38,184 bases of DNA from a virus. The notes below the pieces were generated by a model. The model saw only the letters and a list, made by a program, of their open reading frames with translations. It was not told the origin of the DNA and ran no database searches. Positions 12,596 through 22,101 of this stretch are shown one piece after another. Where the stretch lies: the IMG/VR virus record IMGVR_UViG_3300045988_128817. One strand, given 5' to 3'. The position numbers were made by a program, and so were the translations under genes. The stretch's first letter is position 1. Each line of letters begins with the position of its first letter.

Positions 12596-13426
12596 ATGAA
12601 AATCAAGAGAGAAACGATTGTCGCCGGCAGCATTATCAGCCGCCGGATATATGGAGGAATAAAAAAGACTCCGGGAGAAAAAAGAAGCCGAAGATCAAGA
12701 CCGACGCTGGAATCTGTGGCGGTGATCAACCGGAAAAATTCAGAGCGGGAATTAATGATAAAACTGCATCATAATTTTGGCCCAGGGGATCTCCATGTCG
12801 TACTTACATATAAAGGGCAGGAACCGACGAAGGAACAAGCGAAAAAAGAGGTCAATAATTTTCTGAAAAGACTCCGGAGATATTTCAAGAAAAAAGGAAC
12901 GACACTGAAATGGATCATGGTTACCGAATACGAGAATCAGAGAATTCATCATCACATGATCCTGTCGCAGATGGATACCTATGATTTAGATCAGCTCTGG
13001 ACAGCGGGAAAAGCACGTCCGACGCATTTGGACACCACAGGAGATTATAGAAAGCTGGCATCTTATCTGATCAAAGAAACGGATAAAACATTTCGTAGCC
13101 TGGATGCATATTCGAAACAACGCTTTTCCTGCTCCAGGACAGTGGAAACTCCGCCGAAAAAAGTGGAAGAAGTCGATGCTTCGCAACTGATCAGGGATCC
13201 GAAACCGATCAGAGGATATTACATAGATCAGGAAAGCATCTATCGCGGAGTTAATCCGGTAACAAATGTTCCTTATTTAGAGTACATCATGATTTCCGAA
13301 AGTCCGAAACCTCGCCTTAGTATATGGCCAAAAGGAAAGAAACGAAAATACAAAGAAAGATATTACAACTTTAATGAATTGAATGAATACCAGATTCGAT
13401 TCGTCATGCCATGGGAGGAAATATGA
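12596..13426 (+). CDS. HUH-superfamily rolling-circle replication initiator (Rep)
   Basis: Three motifs appear in canonical order: HVVLTY (motif 1), RIHHHMIL (HUH motif 2) and LASYLIKET (Y..K motif 3). The N-terminus is basic. Confidence 0.55.
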   Translation: MKIKRETIVAGSIISRRIYGGIKKTPGEKRSRRSRPTLESVAVINRKNSERELMIKLHHNFGPGDLHVVLTYKGQEPTKEQAKKEVNNFLKRLRRYFKKKGTTLKWIMVTEYENQRIHHHMILSQMDTYDLDQLWTAGKARPTHLDTTGDYRKLASYLIKETDKTFRSLDAYSKQRFSCSRTVETPPKKVEEVDASQLIRDPKPIRGYYIDQESIYRGVNPVTNVPYLEYIMISESPKPRLSIWPKGKKRKYKERYYNFNELNEYQIRFVMPWEEI

Positions 13427-13908
13427 AAAATATGAAAGAATTCTGCAGAAAGTGCAAATATGCAGAAGAACCATCCGATAAAGACCCGTGTAAATCCTGC
13501 ATGGATTTCGGAATCGCAGCTCTCGGCAGACCGGCAAATTTCAGAGAAACGGATCCGGAAATGAGAAAAATTGGTGACAGAATAGAGGAAGTCTATCAAA
13601 ATCTCATCTATTGCTCCGAACAGTCAGCTTGTTCTGATGAACGTTGCAAATATTATAACGCCTACCCTCATTGCGATAATGCTTTAATGCGGGAAGCGGC
13701 ACAGGTCCTGAATCTTCTCGTCAAAGAAAGAAATCAGGCAGTGGATTTATTAAAAGAGGTTGTAGTGAGCGAAGGCTTCTGTACGGGATGTTTATACGAT
13801 TTGGGAGCGCTATGTACACATCCACAAAAAGGAGAGCGCGAGTGTAGCGGCGAGAATAACTATTGGGAATGGAGAGGAATATTTGAAGAGGAGGGCATGG
13901 GAAGATGA
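13423..13908 (+). CDS. Hypothetical Cys-rich protein
   Basis: ATG 13423 overlaps the Rep stop (ATGA) and follows GGGAGGAA. Confidence 0.55.
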   Translation: MKNMKEFCRKCKYAEEPSDKDPCKSCMDFGIAALGRPANFRETDPEMRKIGDRIEEVYQNLIYCSEQSACSDERCKYYNAYPHCDNALMREAAQVLNLLVKERNQAVDLLKEVVVSEGFCTGCLYDLGALCTHPQKGERECSGENNYWEWRGIFEEEGMGR

Positions 13909-14327
13909 ATGTCGTGGCTTTGATTGGACGATTAACGAAAGATCCGGAACTCCGATACACCAACTCACAGATGCCAGTTTGTTTAGCGACACTGGCGGTA
14001 GACCGTCCGGTGTCCAGAAACAGCCAGGACGGCGGAAATGACAGACAAGTTGACTTCATCCGAATTACATTATTCGGTAAGCAGGCTGAAACATTCTCCA
14101 GACACCTCACAAAGGGCCGTCAGGTGGCTGTAGAAGGAAGAATTCAGACAGGCTCCTATCAGAATCAGAAGGGAGATACCGTATATACCACGGATATCAT
14201 AGTGGGGAGATTTTACTTCGTTGGCAATAAAACGAAAGAAAAACCTCCGGATACCTCCGAACGATATGACCCCTATGTACATCAGAGTAATTTTGAAGCG
14301 ATCAACGATGAGGACTTACCGTTTTAG
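13905..14327 (+). CDS. ssb: Single-stranded DNA-binding protein
   Basis: MNVVALIGRLTKDPELRYT, an OB-fold core and an acidic C-terminal tip DEDLPF. Confidence 0.9.
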   Translation: MNVVALIGRLTKDPELRYTNSQMPVCLATLAVDRPVSRNSQDGGNDRQVDFIRITLFGKQAETFSRHLTKGRQVAVEGRIQTGSYQNQKGDTVYTTDIIVGRFYFVGNKTKEKPPDTSERYDPYVHQSNFEAINDEDLPF

Positions 14328-14335
14328 GAGGGAAC

Positions 14336-14746
14336 ATGTCAAAAAAGAAACGGGAAAAAATCTGTGAGTACTGCGGGAAAACATACATGGCATCTTATGA
14401 AAAACAAAGATACTGCAGTCGTTCCTGTTCGTCAAAGTCGAAAGGGCTGATCGAAAAGAAACGCATCTGTAAGCGCTGCGGAAAAATATACATCCAGCCC
14501 AAAGGTGAATATTCTCTTTTTTGTTCAGAAGAGTGTAGAATTGCGCAGCGCAGAGAACGGAATCAGATGCGTCGCAGGAAATCAGAGGAAAAGAAAGAGG
14601 AATTTGACCGCCCGAAGAATGTTCGCCTGACAGCTCATTTGATGGAGTGTCGTAAAAATGGCAGACGATATGCAGAGGATCAGATGGAAGATACTTTGCG
14701 TATGGTGGGATCCGTGAATGTGAATTTTGAAGAGAAGAGAAAATGA
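14336..14746 (+). CDS. Hypothetical protein with duplicated zinc-ribbon-like CxxC...YCSxxC units
   Basis: ICEYCGKTY...RYCSRSC and ICKRCGKIY...LFCSEEC. Confidence 0.55.
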   Translation: MSKKKREKICEYCGKTYMASYEKQRYCSRSCSSKSKGLIEKKRICKRCGKIYIQPKGEYSLFCSEECRIAQRRERNQMRRRKSEEKKEEFDRPKNVRLTAHLMECRKNGRRYAEDQMEDTLRMVGSVNVNFEEKRK

Positions 14747-14801
14747 TTGAAGAGGGAAGTGGAGCAACTGAGAAAGACGGTACAGGTATGGGAGGTAAAA
14801 A

Positions 14802-15119
14802 ATGATTAACTTTGAAAGACGTAACGAAGAAATAATAGAGAAAGAGTGCGAAGAGCCGAAGCTGAAGCCGACGCTGACGAAAAGACAAAGGGCATTATGT
14901 GAGGCTCTTGTTGAAGGCTGGATTTTTCGTAATGCTGATGGGAAATTGTGGTTTTCAAAAATAAAACCTATAAAAGATGCTGTTTACTGGATTTGCAAAG
15001 GCGCTGAGAAAAAAATTGAATTAAATGAAAAGTCATTCCCTGATTTGCCATTTATTAAATGGAGCGATAAAGAGCCGCACAGCGTCGAAGACATACTTAC
15101 GTGGGAGGTGGAGGAATAA
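14802..15119 (+). CDS. Hypothetical protein
   Basis: 105-aa ORF with a GGGAGG RBS. Confidence 0.5.
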   Translation: MINFERRNEEIIEKECEEPKLKPTLTKRQRALCEALVEGWIFRNADGKLWFSKIKPIKDAVYWICKGAEKKIELNEKSFPDLPFIKWSDKEPHSVEDILTWEVEE

Positions 15120-15397
15120 TGAGGGAATACATCGAAAAGGACGCGCTTTACAGCAAACTATATGATACGCCATGCGACATGGTAGAAATTATGGAACTGG
15201 TAGAGAATTTCCCGGCCGCAGATGTTGTATCTGTTAAACGTGGAAAGTGGTTAAGTTGGGAAGAACAGTTCCCGGAAAAGAAAGTTCCTAAAAAGAACAA
15301 ACTCGGCGTATTTTGTTCTTTTTGTCATGGACACGCTGACAATAGGTTCGATTTTTGCCCTAATTGCGGCGCGAAGATGGAGGTGTGGGGACAATAG
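15119..15397 (+). CDS. Hypothetical protein with a C-terminal zinc ribbon
   Basis: ATG 15119 overlaps the upstream TAA. The C-terminus carries FCSFCHG...FCPNCGAKM. Confidence 0.5.
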   Translation: MREYIEKDALYSKLYDTPCDMVEIMELVENFPAADVVSVKRGKWLSWEEQFPEKKVPKKNKLGVFCSFCHGHADNRFDFCPNCGAKMEVWGQ

Positions 15398-15399
15398 CT

Positions 15400-15723
15400 A
15401 TGAAAAAGTATCAGTTAGGAGCGTTGGCCGTAAGAGATAAAGAATTGCAGGATACAAAGGAAGAAATAGTTATTGAATTGGTAGACCGTATGCAAAAATA
15501 TATTGTAGAGGGCAAAGCGGCATACGAAAACGGGGATTACACAAAAGAACAGAAATTGAACATTATCACAAACCTTTGCGGGAAGTTTTGCGGACTTGCC
15601 GAATTCCTGCAAATAACAATGGGGATTGACGTTCGGCAGGCGGACGGGCTTCTTTATACACAAGAAATGTTCAGCCATTTCCATTATTGGAAAATGAACC
15701 TAAAGATCGATATCGAGAGGTAG
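15400..15723 (+). CDS. Hypothetical protein
   Basis: ATG 15400; start trimmed from the track ORF. Confidence 0.5.
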   Translation: MKKYQLGALAVRDKELQDTKEEIVIELVDRMQKYIVEGKAAYENGDYTKEQKLNIITNLCGKFCGLAEFLQITMGIDVRQADGLLYTQEMFSHFHYWKMNLKIDIER

Positions 15724-15782
15724 AAAGATGCGGCAAAAAAAGTCATATGAAGAGGGAAAATAAAAAACAAGGAGGATTAACA

Positions 15783-16151
15783 ATGAACACAATCAATATT
15801 AACGGAGTAGAGTATGTGCCTGTAGAGGAATTGGATAAGACCATATCCGCGGTAGACCTTAATGGTATGCCGTATCAGATCGTCAGGACGTATAGTGCCG
15901 GCGTTTTCGCGGGCTATGTGGAAAAGCGCGATGGAAAAGAAGTAACAATGAGAAATGTGCGTCGTATCTGGTATTGGGACGGCGCGGCCAGCCTGTCGCA
16001 GCTTGCAGTTGACGGTACTTGCAAACCGGAAAACTGTAAATTTGCCGTACCGGTTGACCGGATTTTAGTTACTGAAGCAATCGAAATATTAGATTGCACA
16101 ATAAAAGCTCAGGAATCTATCGAGGGGGTTGAAGAATGGGTAGCGGATTAG
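15783..16151 (+). CDS. Conserved-looking hypothetical phage protein
   Basis: AAGGAGGA precedes ATG 15783. Confidence 0.5.
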   Translation: MNTININGVEYVPVEELDKTISAVDLNGMPYQIVRTYSAGVFAGYVEKRDGKEVTMRNVRRIWYWDGAASLSQLAVDGTCKPENCKFAVPVDRILVTEAIEILDCTIKAQESIEGVEEWVAD

Positions 16152-16375
16152 GCGACGGCAGCGGTTACGGCTACGGCAACGGCAGCGGTTACGGCTACGA
16201 CGACGGCGACGGCTACGGCGACGGCAACGGCGACGGCAGCGGCTACGGCAACGGCAGCGGCTACGGCAGCGGCGATGGCAACGGCAGCGGCGATGGCAGC
16301 GGTTACGGCAACGGCGACGGCAGCGGTTATGGCAGCGGTTACGGCTACGACGACGGCAGCGGTGACGGCGAATGA
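16136..16375 (+). CDS. (Gly-X)n low-complexity protein, X = Ser/Tyr/Asp/Asn (79 aa)
   Basis: GAGGGGG RBS. Almost every second residue is Gly. The gene is built from reiterated ggc-agc-ggt-tac-ggc / ggc-gac-ggc units. Confidence 0.55.
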   Translation: MGSGLGDGSGYGYGNGSGYGYDDGDGYGDGNGDGSGYGNGSGYGSGDGNGSGDGSGYGNGDGSGYGSGYGYDDGSGDGE

Positions 16376-16397
16376 CAAAAATCAGAAAGGATGAATT

Positions 16398-16826
16398 ATG
16401 GAAAATATTAAACTAAAAATGCTGGCAGATATCGAACCGCCAGAAGCAATTGAACAGGGCGATTGGATTGATTTAAGAGCGGCGGAGACGATCCTTATCG
16501 TAAAAGGGGAATTTAAATACATTCCGCTGGGAGTTGCAATACAGCTCCCGGAAGGTTACGAGGCAATCGTGGCACCACGATCTTCTCTGTTTAAACGCAG
16601 AGGAATTATCATGACCAATAGTATTGGAATTATGGACGAGTCTTATTGCGGAGACGGAGATCAGTGGAGATTCCCTGCGTATGCGACAAGAGAGACTATC
16701 ATTCCGAAAGGAGAACGCATCTGTCAATTCCGGATTGTGAAACATCAGCCTGAGATTGAGTTTGAGATCGTCGACACATTAGGAAATCCTGATCGAGGGG
16801 GATATGGAAGTACAGGGGCTATGTGA
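16398..16826 (+). CDS. dut: dUTP diphosphatase (trimeric dUTPase)
   Basis: Motifs [26 protein letters not shown] and DRGGYGSTG. Confidence 0.9.
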   Translation: MENIKLKMLADIEPPEAIEQGDWIDLRAAETILIVKGEFKYIPLGVAIQLPEGYEAIVAPRSSLFKRRGIIMTNSIGIMDESYCGDGDQWRFPAYATRETIIPKGERICQFRIVKHQPEIEFEIVDTLGNPDRGGYGSTGAM

Positions 16827-16855
16827 TGTATCGGCACAGAGATGGAGGCAAATGA

Positions 16856-17011
16856 ATGACAAATTTTGAAAAGTATCATGAGGAAATGATTGAGAAAAAA
16901 TATAAAGCCGTGAAAAACGGAAAACCTATATCATGTAAAAGCGTTGGTTGTTCAGAGTGCGAACTTTACGATGAAGGCTCAACATGTACTTATTCATTAA
17001 ATGAGGGATAG
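16856..17011 (+). CDS. Hypothetical Cys-containing protein (51 aa)
   Basis: Not in the track. GGAGG lies upstream of ATG 16856. Confidence 0.45.
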   Translation: MTNFEKYHEEMIEKKYKAVKNGKPISCKSVGCSECELYDEGSTCTYSLNEG

Positions 17012-17013
17012 GG

Positions 17014-17250
17014 ATGCAGCACTGCAAGAAAGAAAGTTGTCAATATTGTTCGCGTTTGGGCAATGGATCGGGATCGATGAAGTTTTGCGATTACATAGGC
17101 TATACGGGAAAGCGCAGGGGAGTATATGGCGATGATATAAAGAACTGTGACAAGTATCAGCCAAGAACGAAAAAGCGGCGAACAAATCAGATCTGTGTCG
17201 GATCGGATGAGTGGTTAGCGAAGAACGCAGGAAACAGGAAAGAGGATTGA
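17014..17250 (+). CDS. Hypothetical Cys-rich protein
   Basis: 78-aa ORF with a GAGGGATAGGG RBS. Confidence 0.5.
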   Translation: MQHCKKESCQYCSRLGNGSGSMKFCDYIGYTGKRRGVYGDDIKNCDKYQPRTKKRRTNQICVGSDEWLAKNAGNRKED

Positions 17251-17258
17251 TAACAAGT

Positions 17259-17639
17259 ATGAGAGATTATATGTCCAAAAAATATAGTATGCCGCAGGAC
17301 ATATATATGCGGACGTTATGGCTGATCCGAGGGTATGACCGGCTCAAAGCGAGGTATGATGACCTGGCTGATCTGTTAGGGGCGGCAATGGATGGACAAC
17401 CACGAGGCGGAGGGGTGGCAGATACCACAGCATTACAGGCGGTAGAGAGGGCAAGGCTGTTTGAGGAGTGCCAGGCAATCGAACAGGCATACCTCTGCAT
17501 ACCAGAAGAGTATCGACGGGGCATATGGGAAAATGTAACAAAACGTGTGCCGTATCCGGATACTGCGCATTATCAGACTTGGGCAAAGCATAGGAGAGAG
17601 TTTATAAGAAGAACCGCGGAAAATATGCACTATATATAA
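17259..17639 (+). CDS. RinA/ArpU-family late-gene transcriptional regulator
   Basis: It sits just before the packaging genes. The central MDGQPRGGG..DTT and the C-terminal DTAHYQTWAKHRREFIRRTAENM parallel RinA (..SDRTAHRIKRKIISRLAEEL). Confidence 0.5.
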   Translation: MRDYMSKKYSMPQDIYMRTLWLIRGYDRLKARYDDLADLLGAAMDGQPRGGGVADTTALQAVERARLFEECQAIEQAYLCIPEEYRRGIWENVTKRVPYPDTAHYQTWAKHRREFIRRTAENMHYI

Positions 17640-17744
17640 ACTCGCTTAATAAGGGAAAAAATATAGTGGTATTATGGTATCAGGAGAAAATGAAAACACG
17701 CATGCATTTTGTCCTCCTTTCATGATGATATTGGATATAACGGT

Positions 17745-17782
17745 CAACAAAACCCTGTCGCAGAGCGGCGGGGTTTTGTTGT
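17745..17782 (+). terminator. Stem-loop after the late regulator
   Basis: caacaaaaccc/gggttttgttg forms an 11-bp stem. T residues occur only inside the descending arm. Confidence 0.35.
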
Positions 17783-17823
17783 AGAAAAATATGGAAAAGT
17801 ATCATCTTTTTTACAGATATGTA

Positions 17824-17852
17824 TTGACATAGGGTATACCATATGATAATAT
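17824..17852 (+). promoter_or_regulatory. Near-consensus promoter
   Basis: TTGACA(17824-17829), 17-nt spacer, TGaTAATAT (-10 hexamer 17847-17852). Confidence 0.7.
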
Positions 17853-17877
17853 ATACTTGTAAGGAGGTGAGAAACCA

Positions 17878-18003
17878 GTGAGCAAGAAAAAAAGGCGAAA
17901 AAAGAAAAACTCCATCAACTGGCCTGAAGTCGCAATTCAGACAGTATCCGGAGTTGTCGCCGGAGTGATAAGCGGTATCATTACATGGCTCATCACTCGG
18001 TAG
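17878..18003 (+). CDS. Small membrane peptide with a polybasic N-terminus (41 aa)
   Basis: Not in the track. AAGGAGGTGAG precedes GTG 17878. The product is (M)SKKKRRKKKNSINWPEVAIQTVSGVVAGVISGIITWLITR. Confidence 0.5.
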   Translation: MSKKKRRKKKNSINWPEVAIQTVSGVVAGVISGIITWLITR

Positions 18004-18079
18004 CTAAAGCTACATGTCAGAGAGGGGCGAAAGCCCTTCTCTTAAAAAAGTATATCATAAAAACTCGCTGGTAAAAAGC

Positions 18080-18175
18080 ATGAAAATATATATCATAGTG
18101 GCTGTTGTAGTTGCTGTGGCGGTAAGCATAACGGTTGGAAATTATCTGCGAAAGCGGAGGGACCGGAATGAGTAA
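18080..18175 (+). CDS. Possible small membrane peptide (31 aa)
   Basis: MKIYIIVAVVVAVAVSITVGNYLRKRRDRNE. Its stop overlaps the next ATG, but the RBS is weak. Confidence 0.35.
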   Translation: MKIYIIVAVVVAVAVSITVGNYLRKRRDRNE

Positions 18176-18368
18176 AGCGAAGCCTCACACGATTGCAACG
18201 GAAAAGTATCAGAAGAAAGCCGGCTGGATGTCAAAATCATATAAGCTGAAACGCGAGGTTGTAGAAGCCTTTGCTGAAGCATGCGAACAAGCGGGCGTCA
18301 GTCAGGCGGGAAAGCTTACAGAGCTGATGAAGGGATTCATCGAGGAAGTGAACAAAACAAAAGAGTAA
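18168..18368 (+). CDS. Ribbon-helix-helix-like small protein (66 aa)
   Basis: GGAGGGA RBS. KSYKLKREVVEAFAEACEQAGVSQAGKLTELMKGFI has the beta-strand/helix/helix pattern. Confidence 0.45.
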   Translation: MSKAKPHTIATEKYQKKAGWMSKSYKLKREVVEAFAEACEQAGVSQAGKLTELMKGFIEEVNKTKE

Positions 18369-18377
18369 GACAGAAAA

Positions 18378-18402
18378 GCACTCGGGAGACCGGGTGCTTT
18401 TT
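18378..18402 (+). terminator. Rho-independent terminator
   Basis: gcactcgg gaga ccgggtgc (8 bp, one G-U) followed by TTTTT 18398-18402. Confidence 0.7.
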
Positions 18403-18415
18403 GTGTGGGGATGAG

Positions 18416-18715
18416 ATGACAAAGCAAGAGCGTGCAAAGTTCTATAAATCTAAAAAATGGAAGAACAAATGTAAAGTAATATTGAAACGTGACAGGTATC
18501 GGTGCCAACTATCGAAACGGTATGGGAAACAAGTAGATGCGGAGATCGTACACCACATCTATCCGCTATCTGTTTACCCGGAATATCGTTTAAAGAGTTG
18601 GAATCTAATTGCGGTGTCGCGCTCGGAACACAACCGATTGCACAATCGTGCTACAGGCGAACTAACAGATTACGGCAGACAGTTGATGCATCGCACACAG
18701 CCCCCCCCGGGGTGA
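18416..18715 (+). CDS. HNH endonuclease (packaging-associated)
   Basis: RYRCQLS...EIVHHIYPLS...NLIAVSRSEHNRLH, positioned immediately upstream of the terminase genes. Confidence 0.8.
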   Translation: MTKQERAKFYKSKKWKNKCKVILKRDRYRCQLSKRYGKQVDAEIVHHIYPLSVYPEYRLKSWNLIAVSRSEHNRLHNRATGELTDYGRQLMHRTQPPPG

Positions 18716-18798
18716 ATAGATGAACATGCAAATGGTTGGTTGTGCCTGGGTTAACTCTTTCCAACTCTGAGCAAAAATTTCAAAAAGGGGGTGCCGTT

Positions 18799-19161
18799 TT
18801 GGAGAAGGCAAAATGGAAGAAAAAAATCATAAAACAATGCCAGGATCTCGGCACTTATCAAGATGCATATATTCCAGCAATTGAAACGCTTGCAGGGATT
18901 TTGGAACAACGGGATCGCACACATGTGGAATTTACAAAATCCGGCGGGAAATCCGTGGTAGAATACGTCAATAAATTCGGCGCGGTGAATATGGTGAAGA
19001 ATCCGTTATTGACCTTGTGGGATGATCTGAACGCAAGTGCATTAATGTATTGGCGCGACTTAGGATTGACACCGTCCAGCTACAAGAAAATGACGGGAGG
19101 AACACCTAAAACAGAAAGGGGTGGAGGGCTTGCGGAAGCGATCAAATCCCTCGACCTATAA
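18799..19161 (+). CDS. terS: Terminase small subunit, P27 family
   Basis: [16 protein letters not shown]...[32 protein letters not shown] 18799 follows AAGGGGGTG, and the start is uncertain (the track ORF begins at 18736). Confidence 0.7.
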   Translation: MEKAKWKKKIIKQCQDLGTYQDAYIPAIETLAGILEQRDRTHVEFTKSGGKSVVEYVNKFGAVNMVKNPLLTLWDDLNASALMYWRDLGLTPSSYKKMTGGTPKTERGGGLAEAIKSLDL

Positions 19162-20890
19162 AGGAAAAAACTGGGCGGTTGTTATGGAATATGCGGAAAG
19201 CATACGCGATGGAAGAAAGATTGCCTGTATGGAACTGCAACAAGCTATCGACCGTTTTTTTCGCGATCTCGATAATCCTAACTATGAAATTGACTGCAAG
19301 GCTCCGGAGTTTTGCATTGGCATTATAGAAAAAACATTCTGTCATCAACAGGGAGAAAAATTGGACGGAACTCCGCTGCGGGGGACGCCGTTTTTACTTG
19401 AACCGTTCCATAAATTTATCATATACAATTTGGTCGGGTTTCGGCTCACAGGGACGGACATCGTCCGTTTTCACGAAGCGCTGATTTTCATCCCTCGAAA
19501 AAATATAAAAACGAGTTTCGCAGCTTCTCTTGCGTGGGCTCTGGGGCTTTGGTACAGAAAGAGCGGATCAAAAGTGTATATCACTTCCGCTGCACTGATG
19601 CAATCTCTGGAGTCTTTTAATTTTATTAAGTACAACGTAACACGTATGGGAGAGGATCAGAAGTCCGGCGGCGCGGTTAAAATCATCGATAACAATAACG
19701 AACATTCTTTAGAGGCGTCTTTGGGAGACGGCTCTTTTTTTATACGAGCTTTGGCGGCAAATCCGGACACACAAGATTCACTAAATGCCAATATTGCTAT
19801 CGCGGATGAGATACACGCTTTCAAAAAGCCTAAGCAATATAACCTGTTTAAGGAAGCAATGAAAGCGTATACCAATAAGCTGCTGATTGGTATATCTACT
19901 GCAGGGGATGATGAGCAGGCTTTTCTTGGGCAGCGTTTAAAATACTGTCGCAAGGTATTGGATGGTACTGTGCAGGATGAACAATATTTCATTTTCATGT
20001 GTTGTGCAAACCCCAATCCGGAAACAGGAGAGATCGATTATACAGATCCTATAGTGCACGAAATGGCGAATCCGGCTTACGGTGTTTCGATTCGCCCGGA
20101 AGAATTAATGAACGATGCTTTGCAAGCACAAAATGATCCGCAGCAGAGAAAAGACTTCTTTGCAAAATCACTGAATGTGTACACAAATGCATTAACGGCG
20201 TATTTCGATATCGAGGAATTCCGCCGATCAGATGTGAAATATAACTGGTCTTTGGATGAGCTGGCAAAACTGCCGATTGACTGGTACGGAGGTGCGGATC
20301 TGTCCAGGCTGCACGATCTGACTGCCGCTGCCTTATACGGAACCTACAAGGATGTGGATATCATCATTACGCATGCTTTTTTTCCGATTGTAGCCGCTCA
20401 TAAAAAAGCGGACGAAGATGGAATACCTCTCTTCGGTTGGCAGGACGACGGATTTTTGACTATGTGCAATAGTCCGACGGTAAACCATGCAGACGTGGTT
20501 AATTGGTTTGTTCTGATGAGAAAGAAAGGGTTTCGCATCAAACAGGTCGGACACGATCGAAAATTTTGTAGAGAATACTTTATCGGTATGAAATCCGCAC
20601 GATTCAGCATTGTCGATCAGCCGCAGTATTATTACAAAAAATCCGAAGGATTCCGGCATATCGAAGAGCGAGCTAAAAACGGAAAATTGTATTATCTACA
20701 CTCACAAGCATTTGAGTATTGTGTGGAAAATGTTCGGGCCATCGAAAAGACCGACGATATGATCCAATACGAGAAAGTGCAGCCAGAACACAGGATTGAC
20801 CTGTTTGATGCTGCGGTATTTGCGTGTGTAAGAAAGCTGGAAAATATGGAACGGTCAAAGAAGGCTGCGAGTTGGTGGGGTGAAAAATGA
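19121..20890 (+). CDS. terL: Terminase large subunit (Terminase_1 type)
   Basis: 589-aa ORF in the canonical position, with an ATPase plus nuclease layout. The start is uncertain (GTG 19121 or ATG 19184). Confidence 0.85.
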   Translation: MEGLRKRSNPSTYKGKNWAVVMEYAESIRDGRKIACMELQQAIDRFFRDLDNPNYEIDCKAPEFCIGIIEKTFCHQQGEKLDGTPLRGTPFLLEPFHKFIIYNLVGFRLTGTDIVRFHEALIFIPRKNIKTSFAASLAWALGLWYRKSGSKVYITSAALMQSLESFNFIKYNVTRMGEDQKSGGAVKIIDNNNEHSLEASLGDGSFFIRALAANPDTQDSLNANIAIADEIHAFKKPKQYNLFKEAMKAYTNKLLIGISTAGDDEQAFLGQRLKYCRKVLDGTVQDEQYFIFMCCANPNPETGEIDYTDPIVHEMANPAYGVSIRPEELMNDALQAQNDPQQRKDFFAKSLNVYTNALTAYFDIEEFRRSDVKYNWSLDELAKLPIDWYGGADLSRLHDLTAAALYGTYKDVDIIITHAFFPIVAAHKKADEDGIPLFGWQDDGFLTMCNSPTVNHADVVNWFVLMRKKGFRIKQVGHDRKFCREYFIGMKSARFSIVDQPQYYYKKSEGFRHIEERAKNGKLYYLHSQAFEYCVENVRAIEKTDDMIQYEKVQPEHRIDLFDAAVFACVRKLENMERSKKAASWWGEK

Positions 20891-22101
20891 GCAAAAAACA
20901 AAAGAAAAATAAGACAAGAGCAGAACCTAAGATAAAACGCAATGTAAGTTATCTGTGTTCTCCGGATGCGTATGAAACCTTGTGTGTCAGCGGATATACA
21001 TCTCTATCGCATAATCCGGAAATCGTTACCGGAGTAGATCGTATCGCAAGGCTTATCTCTACAATGACGATTCACCTGATGCAAAATACGGAACATGGGG
21101 ATATCCGAGTGAAGAATGAGCTATCGAAGAAAATGGATATCTACCCAAACCGTAATATGACCCGTTCTACCTTTATTCACTACATTGTCAAAACAATGTT
21201 GCTGGATGGCAATGGAAATGCAATTGTATACCCGGAGTATCAAGAGGATGCAGGAAGGTATTTTATTAAAAATTTGCAGCCAATCCCGCCAAGTATGGTT
21301 TCGCTAATTCCTGAGGGAAATTTTGATTATCAGGTACAAATTGGGGGTCAAAACTACCGTGCAGATGATGTACTGCACTTTCTGGTCAATCCAGATTCTA
21401 ATTATCCGTGGAAGGGAGTGGGATATCGGGTTGCGCTGAAAGATGTAGCAGGGAATTTGAAACAAGCGTCTGCAACGGAAAAGGGGTTTATGGCATCCAA
21501 ATGGAAGCCTTCCATAATTGTTAAAGTCGACGCGCTCACGGAAGAATTCTCGGATAAAGAAGGCAGAGCGCGATTGCTGGAAGAATATATCAGCACCAAT
21601 GAAGCGGGAGAGCCTTGGTTAATTCCTGCAGATCAGTTTGAAGTTCAGGAGGTGAGACCTCTTTCGCTTTCTGATCTTGCATTATCAGATATGGTACAGC
21701 TGGACAAACGAACGGTGGCATCCATTCTCGGAGTGCCGCCTTTTGTTTTGGGGGTAGGTGAATTTAATCGTGATGCATGGAATAACTTCATTGATTCCAC
21801 GATTATGCCAATCGCCAAGTCCATCGAACAAGAACTCAGTAGAAAATTATTGATAAGTCCGGACCTGTATTTTAAGTTCAATGCCAGAAGCCTGTACAAT
21901 TACGACATTACGCAGCTGGCGCAGGTGGGAGATGATCAATATGTTCGAGGTATTATGACGGGCAATGAAGTGCGCGATTGGCTGGGATTATCGCCACGCG
22001 AAGGTTTGGACGAACTCGTCATATTAGAAAATTACATCCCTCTTGGAATGGTAGGAGATCAGAAAAAATTGATACAAGGAGGTGAGGGAAATGGAGAATA
22101 G
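20887..22101 (+). CDS. Portal protein, HK97 family
   Basis: Its size, its position after TerL, and the HK97-type protease and capsid that follow. Confidence 0.85.
   Translation: MSKKQKKNKTRAEPKIKRNVSYLCSPDAYETLCVSGYTSLSHNPEIVTGVDRIARLISTMTIHLMQNTEHGDIRVKNELSKKMDIYPNRNMTRSTFIHYIVKTMLLDGNGNAIVYPEYQEDAGRYFIKNLQPIPPSMVSLIPEGNFDYQVQIGGQNYRADDVLHFLVNPDSNYPWKGVGYRVALKDVAGNLKQASATEKGFMASKWKPSIIVKVDALTEEFSDKEGRARLLEEYISTNEAGEPWLIPADQFEVQEVRPLSLSDLALSDMVQLDKRTVASILGVPPFVLGVGEFNRDAWNNFIDSTIMPIAKSIEQELSRKLLISPDLYFKFNARSLYNYDITQLAQVGDDQYVRGIMTGNEVRDWLGLSPREGLDELVILENYIPLGMVGDQKKLIQGGEGNGE

Noticed and set aside
16148-16378. 76-aa Ala/Val-rich minus-strand ORF
   Set aside because: It is the reverse-complement shadow of the GGC/GAC/AGC codon repeats. 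It has no RBS and runs against the operon direction.
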